A stretch of DNA of 64,000 nucleotides from a virus (Duplodnaviria; Heunggongvirae; Uroviricota; Caudoviricetes), in the IMG/VR virus record IMGVR_UViG_3300026549_001501, positions 35,348-99,347 of that record. One strand, given 5' to 3'. Shown in pieces: positions 26,241-37,560 of this stretch (within the stretch, counting starts at the first letter, position 1; each line of letters opens with the position of its first letter). The notes under the pieces were generated by a model. The model searched no databases and was not told where the DNA came from. It saw nothing but the letters and a program-made list of their open reading frames with translations. The translations under genes and the position numbers were made by a program.

Positions 26241-27145
26241 TGAAAAAAATCCTTTTACTCGTCATAATGCTTGGGGCGACTGTAATCTGTCACTCCCAAG
26301 TTTTTCTGAATAACTCCGAATACATATACGGGGTTGGGGAAACCGATGACGAGGCGCTTATCTCCCTATCGAAATCCGTTCAGGTTAGTATAAGCAGTGA
26401 GCAGACATATAGTGTATCGGAGAGGCGTGGTAAGATTAAGGAAGAATATGACAAGATTTCTTCCGTTTCTTCCTCTATTAACTTGGTTTCTGTCTCCAAT
26501 TGCGAGGTTATTAACGGACATTACTACCGATATATAAATAAGGTAAAATATGTCCTCGATAGAAATGAAGAATATTTCGTGAACATTCAAGAGATTGAAA
26601 GGTTGTTATCGAATACAACACGCATAAGAGAGAAACACGAGATAAACCTGATTTTGGGGTATTATTATTCAGCGTATTGTGCAATGAATGATCCATTGGC
26701 AATCGCTTTCTTAGGACATACTGCTCTTGATAAGGCAAATTACGCAAAGACTATGGCAGAGACGCTTTATCGTTCTAGGAAATACGGATTTCTTTCTACA
26801 TATTGGAAGGAGCCGTCAGGGTATTCGATTGACGTATGTAGCGGATATGATATTCCTGATACGGCGCAGCCCGCAGACTTGTTTGGATTTGAATACCTGA
26901 ACAATGGGAAGTGGGAGAATGCGTTTATATATTACGATAGTATATTACTGAGTGAGGGAAATAAATCGTATGATGATAGTGACGAAACACGTAATAAAAT
27001 CTGCATTGTACGTTCATCAACTCCTGTAATGAGATACCGTATTCTTTATGAATGTAAGGAAGAAGGGCGTCTTATGAAAATTTCAGTTCCCGAAGATTGG
27101 TATTTTGCTGACTTCAAGACAGCAAATATGCGTTGTCTTCGATAA
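26240..27145 (+). CDS. secreted hypothetical protein, 301 aa
   Basis: N-terminal signal peptide MKKILLLVIMLGATVICHSQ. Confidence 0.5.
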   Translation: MKKILLLVIMLGATVICHSQVFLNNSEYIYGVGETDDEALISLSKSVQVSISSEQTYSVSERRGKIKEEYDKISSVSSSINLVSVSNCEVINGHYYRYINKVKYVLDRNEEYFVNIQEIERLLSNTTRIREKHEINLILGYYYSAYCAMNDPLAIAFLGHTALDKANYAKTMAETLYRSRKYGFLSTYWKEPSGYSIDVCSGYDIPDTAQPADLFGFEYLNNGKWENAFIYYDSILLSEGNKSYDDSDETRNKICIVRSSTPVMRYRILYECKEEGRLMKISVPEDWYFADFKTANMRCLR

Positions 27146-27353
27146 AAATTGTACATTTGAGATATGTTATTCTGTTTATTCATAGCGATTTTATCGACAA
27201 TTATTTGGCTCAATATCACAATTGCTGAAATATTGGAAGCAAAGTTGAACCCATACAAGGAAACGGACGCATCTGACAATAAGCGTACCGTCCTTAAGAA
27301 TTACCTCTCTTTAATAATGGCTCTGTTTTGGGCTATAGTCATCAGGTTCTGAT

Positions 27354-28106
27354 ATGGAAGGAAACAACTTTTTCAGTGTCGTCATAGCAGGGGATAAGCC
27401 AAAAAAGATTATCTCCAAGTATAACTCCACCAACAAGGGGGATAAACATATTATATATGAGTTTGATAAGGCGGAAGAATATCAGAAAAAACAAATTTCC
27501 GTCTACGAGGAACTATTGAAGAGCGATAAACTTGGCGATGCTGAAAAAGAATATTTTCAAGGTGAGGTAGACTATTGGAAGAAATTGTCTCCGAATGACT
27601 TTTACCTTGAAATGACAGCTGGATATGAGATAGACGAAAACGGTAATGCCATTACAGATAAGAATCTTGATGGAAAATTCAGTTCTTATAAGACATCACC
27701 GGTACATTGTACGCCGTTAATTTTGAAGAACGGCGCGAAAGCGTATTCGGCAAGGAAGAAAGACGTAGATTGGAATAAGACACACCTTGGTAACACTTGG
27801 AAGTATGAGGTTGCTTGGGATACGGTGGTGGACAATAAGGCTCCGAAAAACAAGACAGAAGAGGAGATAAAACGGAATATGACACCTTGGAAGTTCTATC
27901 TTCAAAGTTGCTTCGGAAGTAAGGAAAACTATATTAAGGGAAGTGATTCTTTCTGGGGCTACGCCTTTGTATCAGAAGAAAAGGGTTGGATTGAACTTGA
28001 AGACAATATCCCACAGTTTCAGTGGGTAGCAGATTTTTACGATAGGTTCATCGCACCGCTATCCGACGACACGTTGCTCACTATCTACGAGTGTACTAGG
28101 AATTAA
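27354..28106 (+). CDS. hypothetical protein, 250 aa
   Basis: ORF only. Confidence 0.5.
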   Translation: MEGNNFFSVVIAGDKPKKIISKYNSTNKGDKHIIYEFDKAEEYQKKQISVYEELLKSDKLGDAEKEYFQGEVDYWKKLSPNDFYLEMTAGYEIDENGNAITDKNLDGKFSSYKTSPVHCTPLILKNGAKAYSARKKDVDWNKTHLGNTWKYEVAWDTVVDNKAPKNKTEEEIKRNMTPWKFYLQSCFGSKENYIKGSDSFWGYAFVSEEKGWIELEDNIPQFQWVADFYDRFIAPLSDDTLLTIYECTRN

Positions 28107-28284
28107 TTTTCTCTTTGATTGCATCAATCGCACGCTCGATATGAAGAATCTGAAAATCCTTCTCGTCAAGAGCCTCGTGGATGTCGTTTATTTCTTCGAG
28201 AATTTTATCTAGCTTTTCGTTTAATTCTGCTATATCCATTTTCGATTTTGTTTTTAATATAAATACTATAAAACTATAAAACAT

Positions 28285-28731
28285 ATGTATTCTGAAGTAG
28301 TTGATCATAATATTGCAAAGTTCTTAAAGGGGAATGATGCAGTTAATCTTGCAGTTTGGAGGAGTATCAAGGCTGAGTTCCTCAATTATAAGACTGCAAA
28401 GGCAGGGAATGTGCTCAACGACGCCGTTGAGCTTAACATTCTTGGTAAGATGCTTGCACAGAGAAAGGACTCCGCTTCTCAGTTCAGAGAGGGTGGACGT
28501 GTTGACCTTGCAGAGAAAGAAGAGAAGGAAGCTGAGGTTCTTTCGGCATTGATTCCCAAGGAGCCAACAGAGGATGAACTCGAGGCGGCAATCAAGGAAG
28601 CCATTGCCACGTTCCCTGAGGGTTACGCTGTATCTATGAGGGACATGAAAACCATTCAAGGTGCGGTGAAGGAAAAATATCCTACCGCAAATGGTGGCGT
28701 AGTTGCTAACATTTTTAGGAAATTCATTTAA
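28285..28731 (+). CDS. GatB/YqeY-domain protein
   Basis: The sequence pattern (DAVNLAVWRSIKAEFLNY...ILGKMLAQRKDSASQF...TEDELEAAIKEAIA) is typical of YqeY. Confidence 0.55.
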   Translation: MYSEVVDHNIAKFLKGNDAVNLAVWRSIKAEFLNYKTAKAGNVLNDAVELNILGKMLAQRKDSASQFREGGRVDLAEKEEKEAEVLSALIPKEPTEDELEAAIKEAIATFPEGYAVSMRDMKTIQGAVKEKYPTANGGVVANIFRKFI

Positions 28732-28774
28732 AAAACAGTATATTTGTACAAGAAAATTTAACACAAAATTTGAT

Positions 28775-29296
28775 ATGCAAAAGATTACACTTATTGGACG
28801 CCTCGGGCGTGACGCTGCTATCCGCGAAACTCAGGATGGTGGCAAGGTAGTATCCTTTACCGTAGCTTGCAACGGCCGCTATCGTGGCGTTGAGAAGACT
28901 TCTTGGTATGAGGTTTCCACTTTCAATTATGAGCGCTATAAGAACATGGTACAGTATCTCACCAAGGGTTCCAGCGTGGTTGTCGTCGGTGAGCTTGATG
29001 CCGACATCGATGAGGGTCGTGATGGCGTGAAGCGCTGCCGTCGCTCCGTTACCGCTGATTCTATCGAATTCAATTCCAACGGTTCTTCCGGCAATACCCA
29101 GAGCAACTCTTCTTCTGAGTCCGCTCCCGCCGACCAGTCAAAGGCTACCGCAAAGCCCGCCGATGAGGAGGTTCCTGCCGATGCAGAGGTGACGGTTCCG
29201 AAGAGAAGCCGCAGTAGCAAGGCAACCGCTCCCGCACCTGCTCCCGAGCCCGTCAATGAGGAAGACGGCGATAATCCTGACGATTTGCCGTTCTAA
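28775..29296 (+). CDS. ssb: single-stranded DNA-binding protein
   Basis: OB-fold-like N-terminus (ITLIGRLGRDAAIRETQDGGKVVSF...WYEV), a Gly/Ser/Pro-rich linker and the acidic tip DDLPF. Confidence 0.7.
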   Translation: MQKITLIGRLGRDAAIRETQDGGKVVSFTVACNGRYRGVEKTSWYEVSTFNYERYKNMVQYLTKGSSVVVVGELDADIDEGRDGVKRCRRSVTADSIEFNSNGSSGNTQSNSSSESAPADQSKATAKPADEEVPADAEVTVPKRSRSSKATAPAPAPEPVNEEDGDNPDDLPF

Positions 29297-29353
29297 TCGT
29301 TCAAATAGTCAATACCCCGGGAAACACTTCCCGGGAATTTTTAACTTATTTCT

Positions 29354-30415
29354 ATGGCACAGAAAGATTATTATTCAATACTCGGTGTAGACAGAAACGC
29401 GTCCGCAGACGATATTAAAAAGGCATATAAGAAATTATGCCTCAAGTATCATCCGGATAGGTGGGCGAACGCAACAGACGCTGAAAAGAAAGAAGCCGAG
29501 GATAAATTCAAGGAGATTAATGAGGCGAACAGTGTTCTCTCCGACCCGAAGAAAAAGCAAAGCTACGACTTGTTCGGAAACGCTGATATGGGTACTAGTG
29601 CCGATGATGAATTTGATCCATTTGAAAGGTTAAGAAGAAGCAGTGGGTGGAATCCATTTGGAGCACCACAGAAAAGAAAGGGCGCTGACGTTCAGGCTGA
29701 GGTTACAATATCAATGAAGGAAGCTTTCAGCGGTGTCGGAAAGAACGTAACGGTGAATAAACCGAGGCCTTGCCACTACTGTAATGGAACAGGCGCCGCC
29801 GACGGTAAGGAGCACAAGTGCCCTCATTGTAATGGAACGGGCGTACATAGGCAGGTTCAGAGGTTCGGAAACGCTACATTTGAATCAACTCGTACGTGTC
29901 CGTACTGTGGTGGTACAGGTAAGGATATTAAGGAACCTTGCCAACACTGCCACGGAACAGGTGTTGAATATGCGCCAGAGACAAACTACGTAGATATCCC
30001 TGCAGGCATTTTTGACGGGGCAACACTCGTAGTGAAGGGTGCAGGCTGTGAATCAGAAGAATATGGCGGCCCTAATGGAGATTTGTTCGTCAAGGTTAAC
30101 GTTATCTCAGAGGATGGATATTCACGCGAAGACGCGAACATTGTATACACGCTCAAGGTTAATTTGATCGATGCGTGGGTTGGATGTAAGAAAACTGTTC
30201 TTGCCCTTGACGGCACGAGTGTCGGCGTTCAGATTCCACCGCTTACAAAGTCAGGCAAAAATTTCGTAGTTCGCGGAAGAGGATTCATTGTAAACACTCC
30301 ATTTGGGCAGGATAGAGGTGATTTCGTTATCCGTATTGAATATGATATTCCAAGCAAACCGTTAACAGAAAAACAGAAAAAAGCTCTTGAGGAGTTTTAT
30401 AATTTGGAGAAGTAA
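29354..30415 (+). CDS. dnaJ: DnaJ-family co-chaperone
   Basis: J-domain with the HPD motif (YHPDR), four CxxCxGxG zinc-finger repeats and a C-terminal domain. Confidence 0.8.
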   Translation: MAQKDYYSILGVDRNASADDIKKAYKKLCLKYHPDRWANATDAEKKEAEDKFKEINEANSVLSDPKKKQSYDLFGNADMGTSADDEFDPFERLRRSSGWNPFGAPQKRKGADVQAEVTISMKEAFSGVGKNVTVNKPRPCHYCNGTGAADGKEHKCPHCNGTGVHRQVQRFGNATFESTRTCPYCGGTGKDIKEPCQHCHGTGVEYAPETNYVDIPAGIFDGATLVVKGAGCESEEYGGPNGDLFVKVNVISEDGYSREDANIVYTLKVNLIDAWVGCKKTVLALDGTSVGVQIPPLTKSGKNFVVRGRGFIVNTPFGQDRGDFVIRIEYDIPSKPLTEKQKKALEEFYNLEK

Positions 30416-30459
30416 AAATTTTCCTCTACATTTGCACAATAAAACAAACACAGATTGTA

Positions 30460-31146
30460 ATGAATAACAAATTTGAAAGAGATTTTACCTTGTTCGCAAG
30501 AGATCACAAGGTTCCTACCACAACACTTGAAGGATATACCAGAATGATGGACTCCTACATTGAGCCTACCATTATCGAGGAACGTCGGCTTAATGCTACG
30601 CAGATTAGCGTTTTCAGCCGTCTGTTTATGGAGCGTATTCTTTTTGTCGGCACCGCCATTGACAGCGACGTAGCTAATATCGTCAACTCTCAGCTTCTGT
30701 ACCTTCAGACTGAGAACCCGAGCAAGCCCGTCACTATGTATATCAACTCCCCCGGCGGTTCTGTTTATGACGGAATGAGTATCTATGACGTCGCCAAGTA
30801 TATTTCCTGTCCTATTGGGACTACTTGCTGTGGCACCGCCGCTTCTATGGCAGCAGTTCTGCTTGCCTCAGGTGACAAGGGACTTCGTAACGCCCTTCCT
30901 CACAGTCAGATTATGCTTCACGCTCCTTCTACCGCCACCGGGCGTACCACTGCCCCTGACTTCAGGATTGCAGCAAAGGAGATGGAGAAGTGCGAGGAAA
31001 TGCTTTACCGCGTGCTTGCAGACGACATGGGTAAGGATATCGACTATATTCGTACCATTTGCGACCGCGACCACTGGCTCACCCCCGAGGAAGCCGTCCG
31101 CGAAGGTGTGATTGACTCCGTTATCCGTAAAAATCAGGAAGACTAA
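30460..31146 (+). CDS. clpP: ATP-dependent Clp protease proteolytic subunit ClpP
   Basis: INSPGGSVYDGMSIYD, GTAASMAAVLL (catalytic Ser), MLHAPS (His). Confidence 0.8.
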   Translation: MNNKFERDFTLFARDHKVPTTTLEGYTRMMDSYIEPTIIEERRLNATQISVFSRLFMERILFVGTAIDSDVANIVNSQLLYLQTENPSKPVTMYINSPGGSVYDGMSIYDVAKYISCPIGTTCCGTAASMAAVLLASGDKGLRNALPHSQIMLHAPSTATGRTTAPDFRIAAKEMEKCEEMLYRVLADDMGKDIDYIRTICDRDHWLTPEEAVREGVIDSVIRKNQED

Positions 31147-31426
31147 TTTTTTAGGATATATGATTTACAAACTTATCATTGGGCTATTGGTTTTAGCCAC
31201 ATTCATTTATTACATTTTCTGCTTCTTGGAAATTTTCGAAGTGATTAAATTTACAGAGAAAAACACAAAGGTAGAAATGCCACAGATGTTCATTCCATTT
31301 TACTATCTTTTTAAGAAGGACAAGGAAGTAGAACAGCCTACGAAAAAGGTTCAAAAAGAACCTAAGGGTAAAAAGTATCATCTTTAAAAACAATAAAAAA
31401 TTTTTAATTTAAAACTTTTAAAAAAA

Positions 31427-32608
31427 ATGATTAATCTTACTAAGAAAAAAGTTACTGCCATTATTTTTGGCGTGTTTACACTTGTCGTTCTTTGCCTTAT
31501 GGGTAGCGTCGCCGAGGACGTTAAAAACGAGCAGATTGTCGTCAACCAGTATCCCATTACGGGTAACATGGCTTATTGGACTGATGCGGGTTTAAAGTGG
31601 CAGTGGTTCGGACGTACCACCAAGTACTACAAGACTCAGCAGTTCTGGTTCGGAGGTAAAGACGTTGAGGGAGAATCTCACGGAACGCCTATCAAGGTTA
31701 TTTTCAACGACGCTTCCGTTGGCTACATTTACGGCTCTCTCCGCGTTGTTCTTCCTACCGATGTTGAGCACCTAAAGCTTATTCAGACAGCATATACAGG
31801 TATGGATAGACTTATGAATGACTTGGTTGCGCAGAATGTTGTTAAGGTTATCTACGCATCGGGCCCTCTTATGTCAGCATTCGAATCTTATGCTGAGAAG
31901 AAAAACGATATGGTGTTTTACATTACCGATCAGCTTACTAACGGAGTTTATAAGACAGCTATTCGTGAAGAAGAGTCTGTTGATACATTTACCGGTGAGG
32001 TTAAGAAGGTGAAGGTTGCTTCTCTTGTTGCAAATGAGAATGCGCCTAATGGGTATGTCCGTTCCGAGAAGTCTCCATTTACAAGCTACGGCGTAACAAT
32101 CGACCAGGTTTCTATTACCGAAATTACCTATGATGAGAAAGTGAACCAACAAATTCAAACCCAGCAACAGGCTAATATGTCCATTCAGACTAAGAAAGCC
32201 GAGGCTCTCGCTGCACAGCAGGACGCTATCAAGGCTGAGGCTGAGGGTAAGGCTGCCGCCGCAAAGGCTAAGTGGGAACAGGAACGCGTTAAGGCTACCG
32301 AAGTTACCAAGGCTGAGCAGGAGCGTGAAGTTGCTCGTCTCGCCGCTGAGAAGGCTGAATTTGATAAGAAGCGTATTATTGCCGAGGGTGAGGCTGAGGC
32401 TGCCGCTAATCGCGCACTTGTTGCTGCAGGACTTACTCCACTTGAACGAGCCAAAATTGATAAGGAAACAAAAATTGGTGTGGCTGAAGCATTAGCTAAG
32501 ACTAAATGGCCTACTGTTGTTATGGGCGGAAATTCAGGAAATAATACGGCTATGGACGTAATTGCCCTCAAACAAATGACTGACTTGGTTGATAAACTGA
32601 GTAAGTAG
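31427..32608 (+). CDS. SPFH/band-7 domain membrane protein
   Basis: N-terminal transmembrane segment, a central band-7-like region and a long Ala/Glu/Lys coiled coil, as in HflK/C and prohibitin-type proteins. Confidence 0.55.
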   Translation: MINLTKKKVTAIIFGVFTLVVLCLMGSVAEDVKNEQIVVNQYPITGNMAYWTDAGLKWQWFGRTTKYYKTQQFWFGGKDVEGESHGTPIKVIFNDASVGYIYGSLRVVLPTDVEHLKLIQTAYTGMDRLMNDLVAQNVVKVIYASGPLMSAFESYAEKKNDMVFYITDQLTNGVYKTAIREEESVDTFTGEVKKVKVASLVANENAPNGYVRSEKSPFTSYGVTIDQVSITEITYDEKVNQQIQTQQQANMSIQTKKAEALAAQQDAIKAEAEGKAAAAKAKWEQERVKATEVTKAEQEREVARLAAEKAEFDKKRIIAEGEAEAAANRALVAAGLTPLERAKIDKETKIGVAEALAKTKWPTVVMGGNSGNNTAMDVIALKQMTDLVDKLSK

Positions 32609-32786
32609 TTTCGATAGCAAATTTCTAAAAAATAAACCTATAATGTTATTATAGGTTTATTTTTTTGTTATTTTTTGTATATTTCCTACAAATTATGGTT
32701 ATAAAAGAAAAAGTTATAATTGTTAGTTTTATTAGGCGATTATTTAGAGTTTAGAAAGTATTTATAAATAAAGAAAATATTATATT

Positions 32787-33722
32787 ATGCCAAAAAAACG
32801 AACAAGAGAAGACTTTATTAACATAGCTAATAAAATACATGGCAATAAGTATGACTATAATAAATCAGAATATGTAGACTCTGACACTAAATTATGTATA
32901 ACTTGTCCAGAGCATGGAGATTTTTGGATGACGCCTAGAAATCATATAAACTTGAAGCAAGGCTGTAAATTTTGTAGCCACCAAAGTTATTCGTCCAATG
33001 ATGAAGAGTTTATTAAGAAAGCTAATAAAGTTCACGGGAATAAGTATAATTATTCAAAAGTTAACTATAAAAACAATAAAGAAAAAATTTGTATAATTTG
33101 CGAAAAACATGGTGAGTTCTATGTCAGACCAGATAACCACCTTCATGGTTCTGGCTGTCCAAAATGCGCTTGTGAGAGAACACATATTCAACAAAAATGG
33201 ACGACAGAAAAATTTATAAATGAAGCTGTAAAAATTAATGGGAACCAATATGACTATAGTAAAGTTATTTATAATGGAACAACCAAGAAAGTATGCATAA
33301 CTTGCCCGAAGCATGGAGATTTTTGGGTCACTCCAACAAATCATCTACAAGGGCATGGCTGCCCAGTTTGTAAACAAAGTAAAATGGAAACAGATATCAA
33401 GCAACTTTTAATTGACAACAATATTAATTTCGAGCAGCAAAAAACTTGGGAATGGTTAGTCTATAAATCAAATTTAAAAGTCGATTTTCATTTACCAGAT
33501 TACAACGTTGTAATAGAATGCCAAGGGCAGCAACATTTTGAACCTGTAGAATTTTTTGGCGGTAAATGTGCATTTGAAGATATAATAAAGAGAGATTCAA
33601 TAAAAAAAGAAATTTGTGAACAACATGGAATGAAGGTTATTTTATATTCTTCATGCAAAAAAATCTTTCAAAAAAATATTGTAAGAAGTAAAAAGAAATT
33701 ATTAAATTTAATTTATGAATGA
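32787..33722 (+). CDS. homing-endonuclease-like protein: three HGNKYDY...CPxC zinc-ribbon repeats plus C-terminal Vsr-like (DUF559) nuclease domain
   Basis: Three repeats, each about 60 aa. The C-terminus (FHLPDYNVVIECQGQQHF...EICEQHGMKVILY) fits the Vsr/DUF559 pattern. Confidence 0.55.
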   Translation: MPKKRTREDFINIANKIHGNKYDYNKSEYVDSDTKLCITCPEHGDFWMTPRNHINLKQGCKFCSHQSYSSNDEEFIKKANKVHGNKYNYSKVNYKNNKEKICIICEKHGEFYVRPDNHLHGSGCPKCACERTHIQQKWTTEKFINEAVKINGNQYDYSKVIYNGTTKKVCITCPKHGDFWVTPTNHLQGHGCPVCKQSKMETDIKQLLIDNNINFEQQKTWEWLVYKSNLKVDFHLPDYNVVIECQGQQHFEPVEFFGGKCAFEDIIKRDSIKKEICEQHGMKVILYSSCKKIFQKNIVRSKKKLLNLIYE

Positions 33723-34482
33723 GGCAGAAATTGTATTAATTCCCGATATACATGGTAGAACTTTTTGGAAAGATGCTGTGAAAGGAAGGGAAAATAATCC
33801 TATAATTTTTTGTGGTGACTACATGGACCCGTATGACGATGAATGCATTGGATACAACAAGGCAAAAGAAAACTTCAAGGAGATAATCGAATTCGCAAAC
33901 TCTCGTTATAACGTCACTTTATTATTAGGAAATCATGACTGTCATTATCTTTGCGGAATAGAACACTGTTCAAGATATGATTTCTTCCACGTTCCTGAAA
34001 TAAGAAAAGTGTTCAAATCATATAAGGGAACATTTAAAATCGCTACAGAGAGGACCATTGACGGTAAACGTTTCATATTCTCACACGCAGGGCTTTCAAG
34101 GACGCAGTTCAATAATCACGAATTACTTTTCAGAGGGATAGATTGGGATAAGATAAACGTTGTCGATTGGGTAAATAATGCTTGGGAAGTAAAGGACGGG
34201 CATTTTATATCTATATTGGACGATATATCGTTCAGACGTGGTGGATTTGATAACTTAGGCTCCGTTATTTGGGCAGATATATTGGACCATTATGTAGATG
34301 GAAAGGGAAAGAATCTGTTCGGAGATTATCAAATTTTCGGGCATACTCAGTTGGTAAAGGATCCGATAATCTTTGATAAATTTGCTTGTGTGGACTGTAG
34401 AAGGGCTTTTATTCTCAATGATAAGGGAAAGATATGTGAACTTGACGGAAAAGAAATTGAATTAACAAAAGAAGGAAAATGA
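33715..34482 (+). CDS. calcineurin-like metallophosphoesterase (Ser/Thr phosphatase-like)
   Basis: Motifs DIHG, GDYMD, GNHD and SHAG are present. Confidence 0.6.
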   Translation: MNEAEIVLIPDIHGRTFWKDAVKGRENNPIIFCGDYMDPYDDECIGYNKAKENFKEIIEFANSRYNVTLLLGNHDCHYLCGIEHCSRYDFFHVPEIRKVFKSYKGTFKIATERTIDGKRFIFSHAGLSRTQFNNHELLFRGIDWDKINVVDWVNNAWEVKDGHFISILDDISFRRGGFDNLGSVIWADILDHYVDGKGKNLFGDYQIFGHTQLVKDPIIFDKFACVDCRRAFILNDKGKICELDGKEIELTKEGK

Positions 34483-35402
34483 ATATATTAGTAACAGGCG
34501 CTAATGGGCAACTTGCGCAATGCCTTAAACGACTAGTGTACGCACACGGAAACGGACACCCTGATTCATACGTTGGAGAAAAGGACTATTGGATATTTGC
34601 CGATAGAGAAACACTCGATATCACAAAATTGGATGATGTCGTAGATTTCATAAAGAAAAATTACATCAATGTTATCGTCAATTGCGCCGCCTATACCAAT
34701 GTTGCTAAGGCAGAAGTAGATTACGATTCTGCTTATGCCGTAAATGTTTGTGGCTCAGAAAATCTTGCGTTTGCCTCTAAAGCAAACGGCGCGGGTCTTA
34801 TTCATATATCAACGGATTATGTTTTCGACGGAAAGAAAGGTTTACCTTATCTTGTTGATGACGCCACTAATCCGCTAAATGCATATGGAAAAAGTAAGTG
34901 TGATGGCGAAAAGGTAATTGTTCTGCAAGGAGGAAGATACTTAATTTTTAGAACTTCTTGGCTATATTCCCAGTACGGGAAGAACTTTGTGAAGACGATT
35001 GCCGGTAAATGTATAGGTGGTGAGCCCTGTACTGTTGTGAATGACCAATTCGGCTGCCCTACAAATGCTAATGATTTGGCAAGATTCATTTATAGGATTA
35101 TAACTGAGAATAACGCCGACAACAGGTACCTGAGCAAGAGTGGAATCTATCACTATTGCAATAGCGGAGAGGCTACATGGTACGACTTTGCACGTGCGAT
35201 TTATGATAAGATTGGAGACAAGGTTGATAAGGTTCAGCCAATGAAAACAACAAATTCAGGTGTTGAACGTCCAATGTATAGTGTAATGGATACGTCCCTT
35301 ACCTCAGAAATTTTCAATGAAGAATTTAAATCTTGGGAAGATTCACTATCCGAGGTTATTAACGAAATATTAACAGAAGTAATTAGTCTAATAAAGGCAT
35401 AA
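34479..35402 (+). CDS. rmlD: dTDP-4-dehydrorhamnose reductase
   Basis: MNILVTGANGQL Rossmann fold and the overall RmlD pattern (YTNVAKAE, STDYVFDG). Confidence 0.7.
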   Translation: MNILVTGANGQLAQCLKRLVYAHGNGHPDSYVGEKDYWIFADRETLDITKLDDVVDFIKKNYINVIVNCAAYTNVAKAEVDYDSAYAVNVCGSENLAFASKANGAGLIHISTDYVFDGKKGLPYLVDDATNPLNAYGKSKCDGEKVIVLQGGRYLIFRTSWLYSQYGKNFVKTIAGKCIGGEPCTVVNDQFGCPTNANDLARFIYRIITENNADNRYLSKSGIYHYCNSGEATWYDFARAIYDKIGDKVDKVQPMKTTNSGVERPMYSVMDTSLTSEIFNEEFKSWEDSLSEVINEILTEVISLIKA

Positions 35403-35514
35403 AAGGAATGTTTCTTTTTGGTGGTTTTTCTAAAAGATAAAACTAATTATTCTGATAAAAAATACTCAAACGACATAATAATAAATAAAGAAGAAATATT
35501 AACAGAAATTAGAA

Positions 35515-36417
35515 ATGCGTGCGATAATTTTGAGCGGCGGTAGCGGAAGCAGACTTTTTCCTATAACAAAAGGAGTCAGTAAACAAATATTACCGGTTTA
35601 TGATAAGCCAATGGTATATTATCCCCTGTCAACACTTATGCTTGCAGGAATTAGGGATATCCTAATCATTACTACTCCTGAGGATAATGATTCGTTCAAG
35701 AGGCTTCTTTTTGACGGGAGGCAATTTGGCGTAAGCCTTTGCTATGCAATGCAGCCACGTCCTGAGGGATTGGCGCAGGCATTCCTTATTGCAGAAGAAG
35801 AAGGCTTCTTAAAGGACGGTGAGCCTTGCGCACTTATCCTTGGAGACAATATATTTTATAGTGCAGGGCTTTCAGAAGGACTTGAAGACGCAGCAGCATA
35901 TGCCAAGTCAACAAAGGTTCCGCTCGCTACGATATTCGGCGTTACTGTAAAGGATCCTGAAAGGTATGGAATTGTAGAGGTTGCTGATGACGGATATGGT
36001 GAATATATCGTTAGTATTGAAGAGAAGCCGAAGGAGCCAAAATCAAACATTTGCGTTACAGGACTCTATTTCTATCCTGGCGACATTTTGGAGAAGGCTC
36101 ACAACGTTAAACCGTCAGCACGCGGTGAACTTGAAATTACATCAATAAATCAAATGTATTTGAAGGAAGGTAAGCTAAGGCTCAATAAGTTACAGCGTGG
36201 AGCAGTTTGGCTTGACACGGGAACATTCGATAGTCTATATGAGGCTTCTGCATTCGTAGAGACAATTGAAAAGCGTTCAGGCACAATGGTTTGCTGTCCC
36301 GAAGAAATCGCATTCACTAATGGATGGCTCACTAAGGAAGAACTTTCCGAGACGGGTAAGTCTATGATTAAAAACGAATACGGACAATATCTCATTCGTC
36401 TTTCGGAGGGAAAATAA
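35515..36417 (+). CDS. rmlA: glucose-1-phosphate thymidylyltransferase
   Basis: [55 protein letters not shown] is a near-canonical RmlA N-terminus. Confidence 0.8.
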   Translation: MRAIILSGGSGSRLFPITKGVSKQILPVYDKPMVYYPLSTLMLAGIRDILIITTPEDNDSFKRLLFDGRQFGVSLCYAMQPRPEGLAQAFLIAEEEGFLKDGEPCALILGDNIFYSAGLSEGLEDAAAYAKSTKVPLATIFGVTVKDPERYGIVEVADDGYGEYIVSIEEKPKEPKSNICVTGLYFYPGDILEKAHNVKPSARGELEITSINQMYLKEGKLRLNKLQRGAVWLDTGTFDSLYEASAFVETIEKRSGTMVCCPEEIAFTNGWLTKEELSETGKSMIKNEYGQYLIRLSEGK

Positions 36418-36540
36418 TGACAAGTAAGGAAATTTTAGATAAGGCGGCTAAGAACTGTCCATATGAAAACGCAGAATGCGTAATATATCGTAGCGGGTAT
36501 CTTGAGGGGTATATAGAATGTCTAAAAGACTTAGGACAAT

Positions 36541-37083
36541 ATGATGCGGTTTATAGAGAAAATAATATGGAAGATTAAAAACTTCCCGAAAGCAATATAC
36601 ACAACTTATCTGTGTATCAGATTCCCATTCTTGAAATCTCGAGGATGGGATAATAAGCCTTCATATAAATTTCTTCAATGGGGCTCGTGGTACGGATGTA
36701 TTCCGAAGGGTTGGAGGAAAGCATTCGGAATTCAACTATGTAAAGAGTTGAAAGACGCGCTCAAGCGCTGTAACTATCTGAAAAAGTATAGGATAATTGA
36801 CGTAAAGGAGAAGTTCGGCGCATTGAATATATATGACTGTGGCGCACCAATAAGAGACGTGCATGACATCGTAAACAAATACGAATATATATCAGCAAGA
36901 ACGTGTATCGAGTGTGGGCGCCCAGCAAGATACTTTACAACAGGATGGTTCTCACCGTACTGCGAGGATTGTATAGACGAATATCGCAAAATGAGTGCGC
37001 GTGAATACTATTATGATATACCTTGGTACGGTTGGACAAAGAGTAAGTCAGAAGATAAACAACAGCAACAAGTACAACAATAA
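36541..37083 (+). CDS. Cys-rich hypothetical protein, 180 aa
   Basis: Several CxxC pairs. Gln-rich tail. Confidence 0.45.
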   Translation: MMRFIEKIIWKIKNFPKAIYTTYLCIRFPFLKSRGWDNKPSYKFLQWGSWYGCIPKGWRKAFGIQLCKELKDALKRCNYLKKYRIIDVKEKFGALNIYDCGAPIRDVHDIVNKYEYISARTCIECGRPARYFTTGWFSPYCEDCIDEYRKMSAREYYYDIPWYGWTKSKSEDKQQQQVQQ

Positions 37084-37331
37084 TATGGTAGAACAGACAA
37101 CAACTAACGGAAACGGCTACATTCCTGAAACACAGCCACTTTGTTCATTTGAAGATTACTATAATCTCTTTATGAAGATGGAGAAAGAGGATTTGGCTCG
37201 ACTTCTTGCGGCAAAAGAACTTGCAAGACAGACAAATATTCCTCAATTTCCTCAATTGCCGACATATCCACCATTTTATCCAAACACCCCATCCCCATAT
37301 CCTTGGATAACTTGGTATATTTCTATTTGTT

Positions 37332-37357
37332 AAAACCGCAAATTTTGCGGTTTTTTC
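37332..37357 (+). terminator. intrinsic terminator
   Basis: AAACCGCAAATTTTGCGGTTTTTT. Confidence 0.6.
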
Positions 37358-37560
37358 TTTTTTCTCGCCATTTTTCTCGCCACGTGGCGAGATAATTTTT
37401 GTATTTAAAAGAAAAAATTGTTATATTTGTACTATGAAAAAAACTGTAAAGAAATGTTGCGGATTATGCAAGTTCATATCGAACCTGTCTGACAATTCGA
37501 AGCGCACTGAGCCGAATGTATTAGGTGGTTGTTTGATTGACGGGCATTTTGTGACGACGG

